A program made the position numbers and the translations under genes. Positions 8,355-16,086 of a stretch of DNA of 24,000 nucleotides are shown here, piece after piece. Within the stretch, counting starts at the first letter, position 1. Each line of letters begins with the position of its first letter. Below the pieces are notes generated by a model. The model was given only the letters and a program-made list of their open reading frames with translations. It had not been told where the DNA came from and did not search any database. Origin of the DNA: an uncultured archaeon (GTDB taxonomy: Archaea; Asgardarchaeota; Thorarchaeia; Thorarchaeales; Thorarchaeaceae); contig CAZYLT010000004.1 in assembly GCA_964648855.1 (NCBI GenBank), positions 19,190-43,189 of the forward strand, in the 5' to 3' direction.

Positions 8355-9137
8355 GTGGTCAGACAAATAGAAGGCGTTAGTGAAATGATAGAATTAACCT
8401 TACTAGCCCGTATATACGGAGATTATCAGAATAGGCTTCTTCGTGATTTTGAGAGAGATCTTCATGAGAGGACGTCTGAGCTGGACATTCGGATTAGAAA
8501 AGTTTCAACTGATGAGAGGGGTCATATCATTGTGGCTGTGGATGGAGAAGATGAAGAATTTGTCAGAAATACCCTAGCATCGGAATATGGAACAACTAAT
8601 TCGTTCGAGTCCATTTCAACAACAAGTGAATATTCTGGACAGCTTCGAGACGTGGGAAAGGTGGGGTATGGAATCTATGTCGATATTGGTGTTACCGATC
8701 CTTCGATGAGTGATGCATTGGTACCGTTGCATAAGCTTCGTTCTCAGTTTGAGATGAGTGCATCTGTACGGACTATTGCAGGCTCTTTTGTACTCGTAGA
8801 CAATTTTCCTGTCACAGTCAAAGTTTTGCACAAAGACGAAAGAAAGCTTGAGATTGAAGCTGAATTTACACCACAATTAATCGACCAATTGGATACGTGG
8901 AGCAATGACGATCATCAGCGGCTCCTAGTATTTGGCGCCAATTGCGATATGGTCGATAGTGCACTTGAACGGACAAATCATAGACAGGATATCTACGAGA
9001 TTGAGAGATTAGGACCATTCGAGTTCTCTCTGAGATGCAAACGTTCCACACGAGCAACAGGTATTATCGCTGCTATAGGGCCAATATTGAGAGGTGTTCC
9101 TATGCACCTCTTCATACCTCGAGAAATAGGTGACTAG
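8355..9137 (+). CDS. Conserved archaeal hypothetical protein with a central S1/OB-like motif (possibly DUF2110-type; family name is from memory only)
   Basis: 260-aa ORF in an operon-like position after tfe. GQLRDVGKVGYGIYVDIGV...ALVPLHKL resembles the S1-domain pattern G-x-V-x-x-V-x-x-fG-x-FV-d-iG. The start is uncertain: GTG 8355 or ATG 8385. Confidence 0.55.
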   Translation: MVRQIEGVSEMIELTLLARIYGDYQNRLLRDFERDLHERTSELDIRIRKVSTDERGHIIVAVDGEDEEFVRNTLASEYGTTNSFESISTTSEYSGQLRDVGKVGYGIYVDIGVTDPSMSDALVPLHKLRSQFEMSASVRTIAGSFVLVDNFPVTVKVLHKDERKLEIEAEFTPQLIDQLDTWSNDDHQRLLVFGANCDMVDSALERTNHRQDIYEIERLGPFEFSLRCKRSTRATGIIAAIGPILRGVPMHLFIPREIGD

Positions 9138-9141
9138 TCGT

Positions 9142-9819
9142 ATGCCACGCCTTGATGTCTGGCTGGTTGAGAATGGTCACTTTTCATCAAGACAAATGGC
9201 TAAGAGAGCTATCAAACAAGGATTAGTAATAGTAAACGGAGAAGAAGCAAAACCCTCGAAACGAGTTACTGGAAAAGAAAACATTGTAATTTCCCCGAAA
9301 GCAAAGAACTATCCTGGGGGCTATTTCAAGCTCAAGAGGTTGGATGAGTTATTTCCGAAACTTCAGTTTAATCAAGATATGGACGCGATTGATATCGGGA
9401 GCTCTGCGGGAGGATTTCTACATTATTTGAAAGACAAGGGCATGAGAGTTACTGGCATTGAGATTTCAGAGCAATTTGTAAAGATGCTAATTCCGCTTGT
9501 CCAGAACAATGAAGCTTTGTCTCTTATTGTTGCGGACGCATTTGAACTGGAGCCTGAGAAAGTCTTTGAGAAGAGGCAGTTTGATGTGTTGTTGATTGAT
9601 GTGACCACAGAGATGGAGGGGACATTGGAACTCATTTTGTCATATCGTTCCATATTGAGGTCAGGTGGAATATTGATTGCTGCATTCAAATGTAATACAA
9701 CTAATAATAACCAAAAGCACTTAGTAAGAGAGGTGGGAAGCATGGGATTTGATTCTTTGAGGACAGTGGTCTTAGATGAATCAACTCAAGAGATCCACGT
9801 AGTAGGAAATAGACAATAA
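9142..9819 (+). CDS. TlyA/FtsJ-like rRNA 2'-O-methyltransferase with an N-terminal S4 domain
   Basis: RLDVWLVENGHFSSRQMAKRAIKQGLVIVNGE is an S4 domain. GGYFKLKRLDELF is present, and DIGSSAGGF is SAM motif I. The ORF track opens at GTG 9130. ATG 9142 has AGGTGA about 9 nt upstream and avoids overlap with the preceding gene. Confidence 0.85.
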   Translation: MPRLDVWLVENGHFSSRQMAKRAIKQGLVIVNGEEAKPSKRVTGKENIVISPKAKNYPGGYFKLKRLDELFPKLQFNQDMDAIDIGSSAGGFLHYLKDKGMRVTGIEISEQFVKMLIPLVQNNEALSLIVADAFELEPEKVFEKRQFDVLLIDVTTEMEGTLELILSYRSILRSGGILIAAFKCNTTNNNQKHLVREVGSMGFDSLRTVVLDESTQEIHVVGNRQ

Positions 9820-9826
9820 GTAATTC

Positions 9827-9832
9827 TTTTAT
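9827..9832 (+). promoter_or_regulatory. TATA-like box (TTTTAT) about 27 nt upstream of tRNA-Val
   Basis: An AT-rich hexamer at the spacing expected for an archaeal promoter, relative to the tRNA 5' end at 9857. Confidence 0.3.
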
Positions 9833-9856
9833 GGTGACAAACAGGCACTGGTTTTA

Positions 9857-9934
9857 GGGCCGCTAGTCTAGCCCGGCTATGATGTCTCGCTTACACCGAG
9901 AAGATCGGTGGTTCAAATCCGCCGCGGCCCACCA
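9857..9934 (+). tRNA. tRNA-Val(UAC), intron-less; CCA encoded
   Basis: Acceptor GGGCCGC/GCGGCCC. Anticodon stem TCTCG/CGAGA. Loop CTTACAC with TAC at 9892-94. T-arm GGTGG-TTCAAAT-CCGCC. Ends in ACCA. Confidence 0.93.
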
Positions 9935-10020
9935 TATTTCTTAATCACAGTATGAAATCAAGGTAGATGGATTGCCTACTATGGGTAAGATTGACTGTTT
10001 AGATGCAGCGATATTGTCTG

Positions 10021-11058
10021 CTAGCCTTCGTACATCTCTCTCATCTTTGCTTTAGTAGGATTCTCGACTACTCCCTTCTCAGTGATGATTGCGGTGATGA
10101 GTTCGGGTGGCGTTATGTCGAATGCTGGGTTGTAGACCTTAGCATCGGGAGGAGTCACATACTCTCCATTAATGATGCGTATCTCGTCTGGATCCCGTTC
10201 TTCAATGTCAACACTTTCCGGTCCGTTGTCAATATCCACTGTACTCGTAGGAGCAACAACATAGAAGGGAATATTGTGATGTTTCGCTGTGATGGCCATG
10301 GTGTAAGTTCCTATCTTATTAGTGACGTGTCCAGTTCCCAGAATTCTGTCACTTCCAACTACACAGCAGTCAACCATTCCCTGTTTGAAGACGGTTCCAA
10401 TCATGCCATCAGTGATTAATGTAGTGTCTATATTATCCTCCATAAATTCGTAAACCGTCAATCTGGCTCCTTGTTGACGGGGACGAGTTTCTGCAGCAAA
10501 TACACTGATATTTCCACCATGTTCTTCATGGGCTACTCTGACCACTGCACCTACTGTGCCAAGATGGACTGTCGCCAGAGAACCGGCATTACAGATTGTC
10601 TGGATTGTGGCGCCGGATTCAATGAAGGGCAAAGCGTTTTCGCCAATAGCCCTGCACATTCGTACATCTTCTTCAGCAATTTCCTTTGCTTCCTCAATAA
10701 GTCGATCAATAATAGATTCAACATCACCCTCGGTTGCCTTTGCAACTTGCAGCATTCGATTAGTCGCCCATGTCAAGTTCACAGCAGTGGGACGAGTGTT
10801 TAGGGTTTCAGCAGCAGTTTCCAAGTCTGAAATTAGCTGTTTCTTGGTTTCTGCGTTACTTTGCAAAGCAGCCAGTGCCATTCCCATTGCTGCAGCCGCA
10901 CCTATGGCGGGAGCACCTCGGATTTCCATGACTTTGATAGATTCCGCTATGCGCTCATGGCTTCCAGTCACGATGAAAGCCTTGGTCAGTGGCAACTTTG
11001 TTTGGTCCACTAGTCGCACCTGGTTTTTTTCGTCTAACCATTCTATTGTCCGGTACAT
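10021..11058 (-). CDS. mtnA: Methylthioribose-1-phosphate isomerase (eIF-2B alpha/beta/delta family, aIF-2BI type)
   Basis: 345 aa. N-terminus IEWLDEKNQVRLVDQTKLP. MEIRGAPAIGAAAAMG. Also TRPTAVNL and CNAGSLAT. Confidence 0.87.
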   Translation of the reverse strand: MYRTIEWLDEKNQVRLVDQTKLPLTKAFIVTGSHERIAESIKVMEIRGAPAIGAAAAMGMALAALQSNAETKKQLISDLETAAETLNTRPTAVNLTWATNRMLQVAKATEGDVESIIDRLIEEAKEIAEEDVRMCRAIGENALPFIESGATIQTICNAGSLATVHLGTVGAVVRVAHEEHGGNISVFAAETRPRQQGARLTVYEFMEDNIDTTLITDGMIGTVFKQGMVDCCVVGSDRILGTGHVTNKIGTYTMAITAKHHNIPFYVVAPTSTVDIDNGPESVDIEERDPDEIRIINGEYVTPPDAKVYNPAFDITPPELITAIITEKGVVENPTKAKMREMYEG

Positions 11059-11071
11059 CTTACTTACCTCT

Positions 11072-11560
11072 CTAGTATGTTTTCAAGATAGAGTCAATCA
11101 TGCTAATAAGCTTCTTACCGATGACTTCCAATTCTGGAGTCATCCCCTCACCAAATTGGATATTTTGAGGTTGAATTCCTATCAAAATTGTGTCTGCATC
11201 GGTTTGTTGTTCAAGGTATTCCATCAACAGTGAGAGAGGCATGCTATGCGTGCTGATAGCAATGCCTCCAATTCGATCCTTTGTGACTAGCTCGATATGT
11301 CCCACAGGTTTTTGCATATCTGCAGCGTCGATAAGAATGACGCGATCAGCCCCAAATTCGGAGATTTTTCTTGTAAATGCCTCGGGTACAGATCCAACGT
11401 CTTTAATCAATACTTTATCATTGTTGGTCTGCAGATTGTCAACTACAAAAGGTCCAATTCCGTCGTCTGTTCTTAGGTCGTTTCCTATACCTAGGATTGC
11501 TACTCTTTTGCTATTGGACAGGAATTGCATGAGCTGTTCGGTCAATGCTGGATCAATCAC
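11072..11560 (-). CDS. Hydrogenase maturation endopeptidase family protein (HycI/HybD/FrhD-like)
   Basis: VAILGIGNDLRTDDGIGPFV is the GxGNxxxxDDGxG signature. Later Asp (LIDAAD) and His (AISTHS) are candidate metal ligands. GTG start at 11560. ATG at 11530 (MQFLSNSKRVAILGIGN) is an equally plausible shorter start. Confidence 0.78.
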   Translation of the reverse strand: MIDPALTEQLMQFLSNSKRVAILGIGNDLRTDDGIGPFVVDNLQTNNDKVLIKDVGSVPEAFTRKISEFGADRVILIDAADMQKPVGHIELVTKDRIGGIAISTHSMPLSLLMEYLEQQTDADTILIGIQPQNIQFGEGMTPELEVIGKKLISMIDSILKTY

Positions 11561-11647
11561 ATGGAGGGGGTATCTTGTTTATGCTATAGTTCTTATCATC
11601 TGTCATGTCGAAGAGTTTTTCACACTAGTTATGCCGCCCACATATGA

Positions 11648-12283
11648 GTGTCAAAATTGTCTGAGAAGTATAACTCCGAGGAATCGGAGGAGGAGTCAAA
11701 TATGGAGCTGAATCAAGAGGAATCGGAGGAGGAGGAGGAGGAACCTTCTAAGGCAATCTTCGGCAAGACAAAAGCAATTGTTGACAAAAAAGATGCTGAT
11801 AGAATTTCACAGCAAGGATTCTATGGAGAGAGGTTACCAAGTGGAGAACTAGAGCTATCTTCTATTGAAACACTTCATCTGATTGAACGAAGTCGGATTG
11901 TAGTTGAGGACCGTGCTGGGAATATCATGGACGCAGAAGACATTGTGAGTAAAGTTTCCCAAAGGGAAAAAACTCTCTGGAGTAAGTATCTTGTATTTCG
12001 TGACCTTAGAAGTCGCGGTTATGCTGTTAGATCAGGATTCGGTTCAGGTATTGGGTTTAGAGTATATGAGAGAGGTGACAAGCCAGGAAACTCCGTTGCA
12101 AATCAGTTGGTATACGTCTTGAAGGAGGCCGACCCCATATCGCTGAACGAGCTAGATTTGGTAACGGAAACAGCTGCTACGTCAAGAAAAGAACTTGTTT
12201 TTGCGCTGGTTGATCAAAATGGGGAGGTCAACTATTACACTGTAGCAAGAACTGAATTGCAGACAATAGGAGATGGTGAATAA
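11648..12283 (+). CDS. endA: tRNA-splicing endonuclease EndA homologue with an acidic N-terminal extension and no histidine in the catalytic domain
   Basis: N-terminal domain GFYGERLPSGELELSSIETLHLIERSRIVVED. C-terminal domain KYLVFRDLRSRGYAVRSGFGSGIGFRVYERG...SRKELVFALVDQNGEVNYY. The start is ambiguous: GTG 11648, or ATG 11702 preceded by GGAGGAGGAG 6 nt upstream. Confidence 0.85.
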   Translation: MSKLSEKYNSEESEEESNMELNQEESEEEEEEPSKAIFGKTKAIVDKKDADRISQQGFYGERLPSGELELSSIETLHLIERSRIVVEDRAGNIMDAEDIVSKVSQREKTLWSKYLVFRDLRSRGYAVRSGFGSGIGFRVYERGDKPGNSVANQLVYVLKEADPISLNELDLVTETAATSRKELVFALVDQNGEVNYYTVARTELQTIGDGE

Positions 12284-13560
12284 TGAGGAAAGATTGGATT
12301 GATGATGATAATTATGAGGAAGAGATAGTCACTCTGAACGCGTTCTTTGATGACCATACGATGAGTGTACATCTTGTAGAAAACAATCCGCCTCGTGCAA
12401 AACGGGGTTCGCCAGGAGATTGGAGTCTAGTAAAACTCTCTGATAGACTTCTTACACATGAAGAGTTGGACACGCTTGCCAAGGCAATAATGGAAACTGC
12501 AACGTATGACAGAGAGTCATTCATCGAAATTGAAGAAGATGGTGCGGCAGTTGTGCAGCTGAGAAACTTGCGAATAGCAATTGCAATGCCACCCTTTGCT
12601 GACAAATATGAGATATCCGCTATACGACCTATTATTAAACTCTCTATGGATGACTACCATCTTAGTTCTAAACTTATGAAACGACTTGAAACACGAGCCG
12701 AAGGAATACTCGTAACAGGGTCACCCGGCTCGGGAAAGAGTACCTTTTCTGCGGCATTAGCCGAATTCTATAGTTCCAAAGATAATATTGTAAAAACACT
12801 GGAACAACCGAGAGACTTGCAAGTGGATGATGAAATAGTACAGTATTCACCACTTGATGGAAGTATGGAGAAGGCAGCTGATATCTTGCTACTAGTTCGT
12901 CCTGATTATGTAATATATGACGAGCTGAGAAAAGATGCAGATTTTCAAGCGTATTCTGATTTGAGATCCGCAGGCGTTGGCATGGTCGGCGTGGTTCATG
13001 CAGGCTCCCCAATAGATGCGATTCAGAGATTAATGTTGGGAGGTCGTGTTGAACTCGGTCAACTGCCCAGTACAGTAGACACTGTTATTCATATCGAAGC
13101 TGGGTTGGTTGCCAAGGTAGTTTCGCTTTCGCTTAAGGTAAAATTGCCAACGGGTATGAGCAGTTCGAAGAGAGACCTAGCTAGACCGGTTATTGAGGTA
13201 AGAGATTTTGAGCAGGGATGGCTAGAATATGAGATCTTTACATTTGGTGGCGAGAAGGTAGTTGTACCCGTCAAAGGCGGTAGTCCAAGAACTGATAAAC
13301 AGGATAGATCGAGATACAGGGGGGTTCCTGGACAGACTGTGCCGGTTTCTGTCAGTTACTCCAAGAAGAAAGTGAAAGTGTATGCTGGCAGAAAGTACTC
13401 CAAACAACGGTTGGAGATTTATGCAGATGATATCTATCTCTTCACCACTGTAATCGGCAAAAATGGTGAGAGCTCGATTCGCATTAAGACTAGGCAGGGT
13501 AGCATGTTAGTTGATGCTATGGAAGAGGGTGCTGAAATCTCCGCAAGGGTAGCACAATAG
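12283..13560 (+). CDS. PilT/PhoH-like P-loop ATPase of the archaeal COG1855 type, lacking the N-terminal PIN domain
   Basis: 425 aa. LRIAIAMPPFADKYEISAIRP precedes Walker A GILVTGSPGSGKSTF and IVKTLEQPRDLQ, a pattern I recall from archaeal PIN-ATPase-KH proteins. The start overlaps the endA stop (TAATG). Confidence 0.72.
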   Translation: MRKDWIDDDNYEEEIVTLNAFFDDHTMSVHLVENNPPRAKRGSPGDWSLVKLSDRLLTHEELDTLAKAIMETATYDRESFIEIEEDGAAVVQLRNLRIAIAMPPFADKYEISAIRPIIKLSMDDYHLSSKLMKRLETRAEGILVTGSPGSGKSTFSAALAEFYSSKDNIVKTLEQPRDLQVDDEIVQYSPLDGSMEKAADILLLVRPDYVIYDELRKDADFQAYSDLRSAGVGMVGVVHAGSPIDAIQRLMLGGRVELGQLPSTVDTVIHIEAGLVAKVVSLSLKVKLPTGMSSSKRDLARPVIEVRDFEQGWLEYEIFTFGGEKVVVPVKGGSPRTDKQDRSRYRGVPGQTVPVSVSYSKKKVKVYAGRKYSKQRLEIYADDIYLFTTVIGKNGESSIRIKTRQGSMLVDAMEEGAEISARVAQ

Positions 13561-13609
13561 GCGGGAGCGCAAAACGTTTAACACCAACTTGGAATCTCGA
13601 CGCATCGAA

Positions 13610-13717
13610 GGGCCCGTGGCCTAGCCGGGAATCTTAGGGTTTGTTTCCTATGTCGGTCCATAGGGCACTTGCCTCCTAAGCAAGTTTTCGCCGGTTCGAA
13701 TCCGGCCGGGCCCGCCA
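13610..13717 (+). tRNA. tRNA-Arg(CCU) with a ~30-nt intron inside the D-loop; CCA encoded
   Basis: Acceptor GGGCCCG/CGGGCCC. D-stem GCCT (13619-22)/GGGC (13663-66), enclosing 40 nt instead of about 10. Anticodon stem CTTGC/GCAAG. CCT at 13675-77. T-arm GCCGG-TTCGAAT-CCGGC. Ends in GCCA. Confidence 0.85.
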
Positions 13718-13730
13718 TCCATAGTCTGAG

Positions 13731-14411
13731 TTATTCCAAAATGTATGAGTGTGTTTCAGTACCCACATGAACCTGGGTCGTCATTCCTACGAACAAACCA
13801 GTTTCAATTATTCCAGGAATCAGCTTTAATTGTATCGCAATTTTCCCGGGGTCCTCTATCGGTTTGGGAAACTTCAAATCGAGAATAAAGTTTCCATTAT
13901 CGGTTATGACAGGCCCTATTTTTCTTTTTGCTTCTCTTATACTAACTTCAATATCCATTGCTTCGATTTTTCGTCTGACTACTCCCAGAGAGAAGGGAAG
14001 CACTTCTATGGGAATTGGCGATTTGGTTGACAAGTTATCTACCAGTTTTGATTCGTCCACGACAATATGGAGTTCATCCGATGCCGATGCAACAATTTTC
14101 TCTTGAAAGAGTGCTCCCCCTCCACCCTTTGTCAGATTTAGGTTCTTATCTACCTCATCAGCACCATCGATTGTAGTGGAAAGAAGGGGATTCAAATCTA
14201 GATTTGTAAGTGGAATCGAGTATTTAATCGCGAGCTGGTATGCTTGATAGGAACTAGGAACAACCTTCACATTGAGTTGCGCTTCCCGGATTTTCTTCCC
14301 GAGCTCTTTCGCGAATATTGCGACTGTAGAGCCACTACCCAAACCAATAGCTCCACCATCTGGAACCACATTTAATGCACTCATTGCAGCTTCCTGTTTT
14401 GCGTTCGGCAT
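13731..14411 (-). CDS. rpiA: Ribose-5-phosphate isomerase A
   Basis: 226 aa. Motifs GLGSGSTV, IDGADEVD and KGGGGALFQEKIVA. GGGAG lies about 9 nt upstream of the ATG. Confidence 0.93.
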   Translation of the reverse strand: MPNAKQEAAMSALNVVPDGGAIGLGSGSTVAIFAKELGKKIREAQLNVKVVPSSYQAYQLAIKYSIPLTNLDLNPLLSTTIDGADEVDKNLNLTKGGGGALFQEKIVASASDELHIVVDESKLVDNLSTKSPIPIEVLPFSLGVVRRKIEAMDIEVSIREAKRKIGPVITDNGNFILDLKFPKPIEDPGKIAIQLKLIPGIIETGLFVGMTTQVHVGTETHSYILE

Positions 14412-14483
14412 GATTCTTTCTCCCTAAATGATTGCTCAAAGCTTGCCGTGTTCAAGAATTCAACTTAATGAGTGGAATAAAAA

Positions 14484-14690
14484 CTAATGCATGGACTCCA
14501 AGGATATTTCCTTGATTTGTAATCTAGACCTGTAATATACCGCCCAGCCCCCGTGTGAGGTTCTTGACAAAATCACATGATTCCTTTTCTTCAAGTTTCT
14601 TGCAAGTCGAACCGCTTCAGTGCCATGCTCAAATACTTTAGCGAGATGATAGACATTGTCGCCTATTGTTCGACGTTGAGTTGGCTCCAT
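14484..14690 (-). CDS. Small basic hypothetical protein (68 aa)
   Basis: It is the only ORF filling the 380-nt gap between rpiA and the proline-rich gene, and it lies on the same strand as both. It has an ATG start, no recognisable motif and no clear SD. Confidence 0.35.
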   Translation of the reverse strand: MEPTQRRTIGDNVYHLAKVFEHGTEAVRLARNLKKRNHVILSRTSHGGWAVYYRSRLQIKEISLESMH

Positions 14691-14791
14691 ACAATACTCT
14701 GGTCTTGTAATCGCTAATAACTGCCACTTGAAAGATTCTGTGGATATTGTGTCCTTATATCAGGAAAAATGTCTGTCCTGTTGTTTTTTGT

Positions 14792-15799
14792 TCAATCGCC
14801 ACTCATAAGGGCCTTGAGACGTTCCATTTCCGCAAGCATCTCAGATTGTAGTGAGCTCTTACTTCCACTGGTAGAAGACTTGGTAACAGTATCTGCGGCA
14901 GCAGACATTTCAGCTGGTGTAGCATCAGCACCCGGTGGGCCAGCACTTGGGGCACTACCCGGTGGGCCTCCACTAGGGGTGGTACTTCCTGGAGGGCCTG
15001 CACTAGTTGCACTGCCGCCTGGGGGGCCTGCACTTGGAGTAGCACTGCCACTTGGGGGGCCGCCACTTGGAGGTCCACCGCTTGGGGGGCCGCCGCCCGG
15101 CGGGCCACCGGTTGGGGAACCAGCACTTGCGGCACTATCGCTTGGGGGGGTGTCTAATGGAGGTCCAGCTTCCGGTGGTTCTGTTGGCGCAGTAGGTTCA
15201 ACTGCTGAAGTTGGAGGCCCAACACTAGGTGGACCGGCCTCTTCCGTATCTGATTCCACAGCAGTTCCAGACATTGCTGCCAATTTCTGCAAGTAGTCAG
15301 ATCGTGCTTTGTCAATAGCTGTATCGGCATCAACAATGTCCTTTAGATCCTGGTCTTTGGCAATCGCTGATTGTACAGCTGCAAGCCTATTATTGTAGAC
15401 AGTGGCTATTTTCTCTGCAATCTCAGGATCAAGGTCACCTTGATTTGAATAATAATCGGCTGCAGATAGAGCCTGCTTGATTGCGTTCTCTTCTATTTTT
15501 AGGAAAACAAGAGCGTCGGAAGGACTTGCGATAAATCCTAGTTTCTTTGTCCCGGATATGCCACTGGAAACGTCTCCAGTGGATGCAATGATTCTTTGTA
15601 TGCCTTGTGCCACATCGTCTCTTGTTGCACCACGTCTCCGTACAACCAGTACCAGTATGATGACCATGAGGGGTGCAATTGTTATGATGTAGAACCATGC
15701 AAGGGGGCCAAAAGGAATTCCAAGTGGTTGGAAAATGTCAGCTAGATTCTGAAATAATTCAAAGATGAATCTCGTAAATTGGTTGTAAGGGGTTTGCAA
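14792..15799 (-). CDS. Single-pass membrane-anchored protein with a helical middle domain and a C-terminal GPP/SAGPPG-rich repeat region
   Basis: 335 aa. TM helix LAWFYIITIAPLMVIILVLVV is followed by RRR, which places the C-terminus in the cytoplasm. Residues 188-295 are P/G/S/A-rich (GGPPGGGPPSGGPPSGGPPSG, then SAGPPG units). The terminal helix is SLQSEMLAEMERLKALM. TTG start with GGTGAT 5 nt upstream. Confidence 0.75.
   Translation of the reverse strand: MQTPYNQFTRFIFELFQNLADIFQPLGIPFGPLAWFYIITIAPLMVIILVLVVRRRGATRDDVAQGIQRIIASTGDVSSGISGTKKLGFIASPSDALVFLKIEENAIKQALSAADYYSNQGDLDPEIAEKIATVYNNRLAAVQSAIAKDQDLKDIVDADTAIDKARSDYLQKLAAMSGTAVESDTEEAGPPSVGPPTSAVEPTAPTEPPEAGPPLDTPPSDSAASAGSPTGGPPGGGPPSGGPPSGGPPSGSATPSAGPPGGSATSAGPPGSTTPSGGPPGSAPSAGPPGADATPAEMSAAADTVTKSSTSGSKSSLQSEMLAEMERLKALMSGD
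14915..15238 (-). repeat. Imperfect in-frame tandem repeats (about 15-nt GGPPS units and about 30-nt SAGPPGxSATx units) encoding the proline-rich region
   Basis: Reiterated GGGCC[ACT]CC / CTTGGGGGGCC strings on the + strand. This segment is locally more GC-rich than its flanks. Confidence 0.7.
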
Positions 15800-16086
15800 T
15801 TGGCATCACCTACTAGTACATATCCACAGAAGATGGAATCCTATGTACACTATTTTAGATTTCTTATAGGCATTGAGGGTTTGTATGACCCTGATGTCAC
15901 ACTCATCGAACTCAATGACACTTGTTTCTGTTACTTAGTGAAGCTTAGGGCTTCATAAACATGTGCCTAATATACTACTATTATTCTCATAGAATCAGCA
16001 TATTTGCCCGAAATATTCCTTTTTGTCATCAATATTTTAAACTCGAAAGGTCAATTTGCGGTAATGGTCTTCGGCAGTACGAAAAC

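Noticed and set aside
10003-11711. + strand ORFs (10003..10419, 10471..10803, 10556..11233, 11190..11711) opposite mtnA and the protease
   Set aside because: These are shadow ORFs of two well-supported minus-strand genes. Their products are low-complexity, Ser/Cys/Ile-rich and motif-free.
14801-14854. The C-terminal helix SEMLAEMERLKALM of the proline-rich protein as an ESCRT-III-type MIM1 motif, with pan nearby as a possible AAA partner
   Set aside because: It does not fit the (D/E)xxLxxRLxxL(K/R) register exactly. The neighbouring ATPase is clearly PAN (coiled coil plus OB plus HbYX), not Vps4/CdvC, and no MIT-domain gene is in the window.
14769-15296. 175-aa + strand ORF rich in G/P/L/A, antisense to the proline-rich region
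   Set aside because: It is a mirror image of the GC-rich repeat (CCN/GGN codons stay open on both strands). It is confined to the repeat. The minus-strand frame, by contrast, continues into a TM helix and helical domain with an SD-led start.
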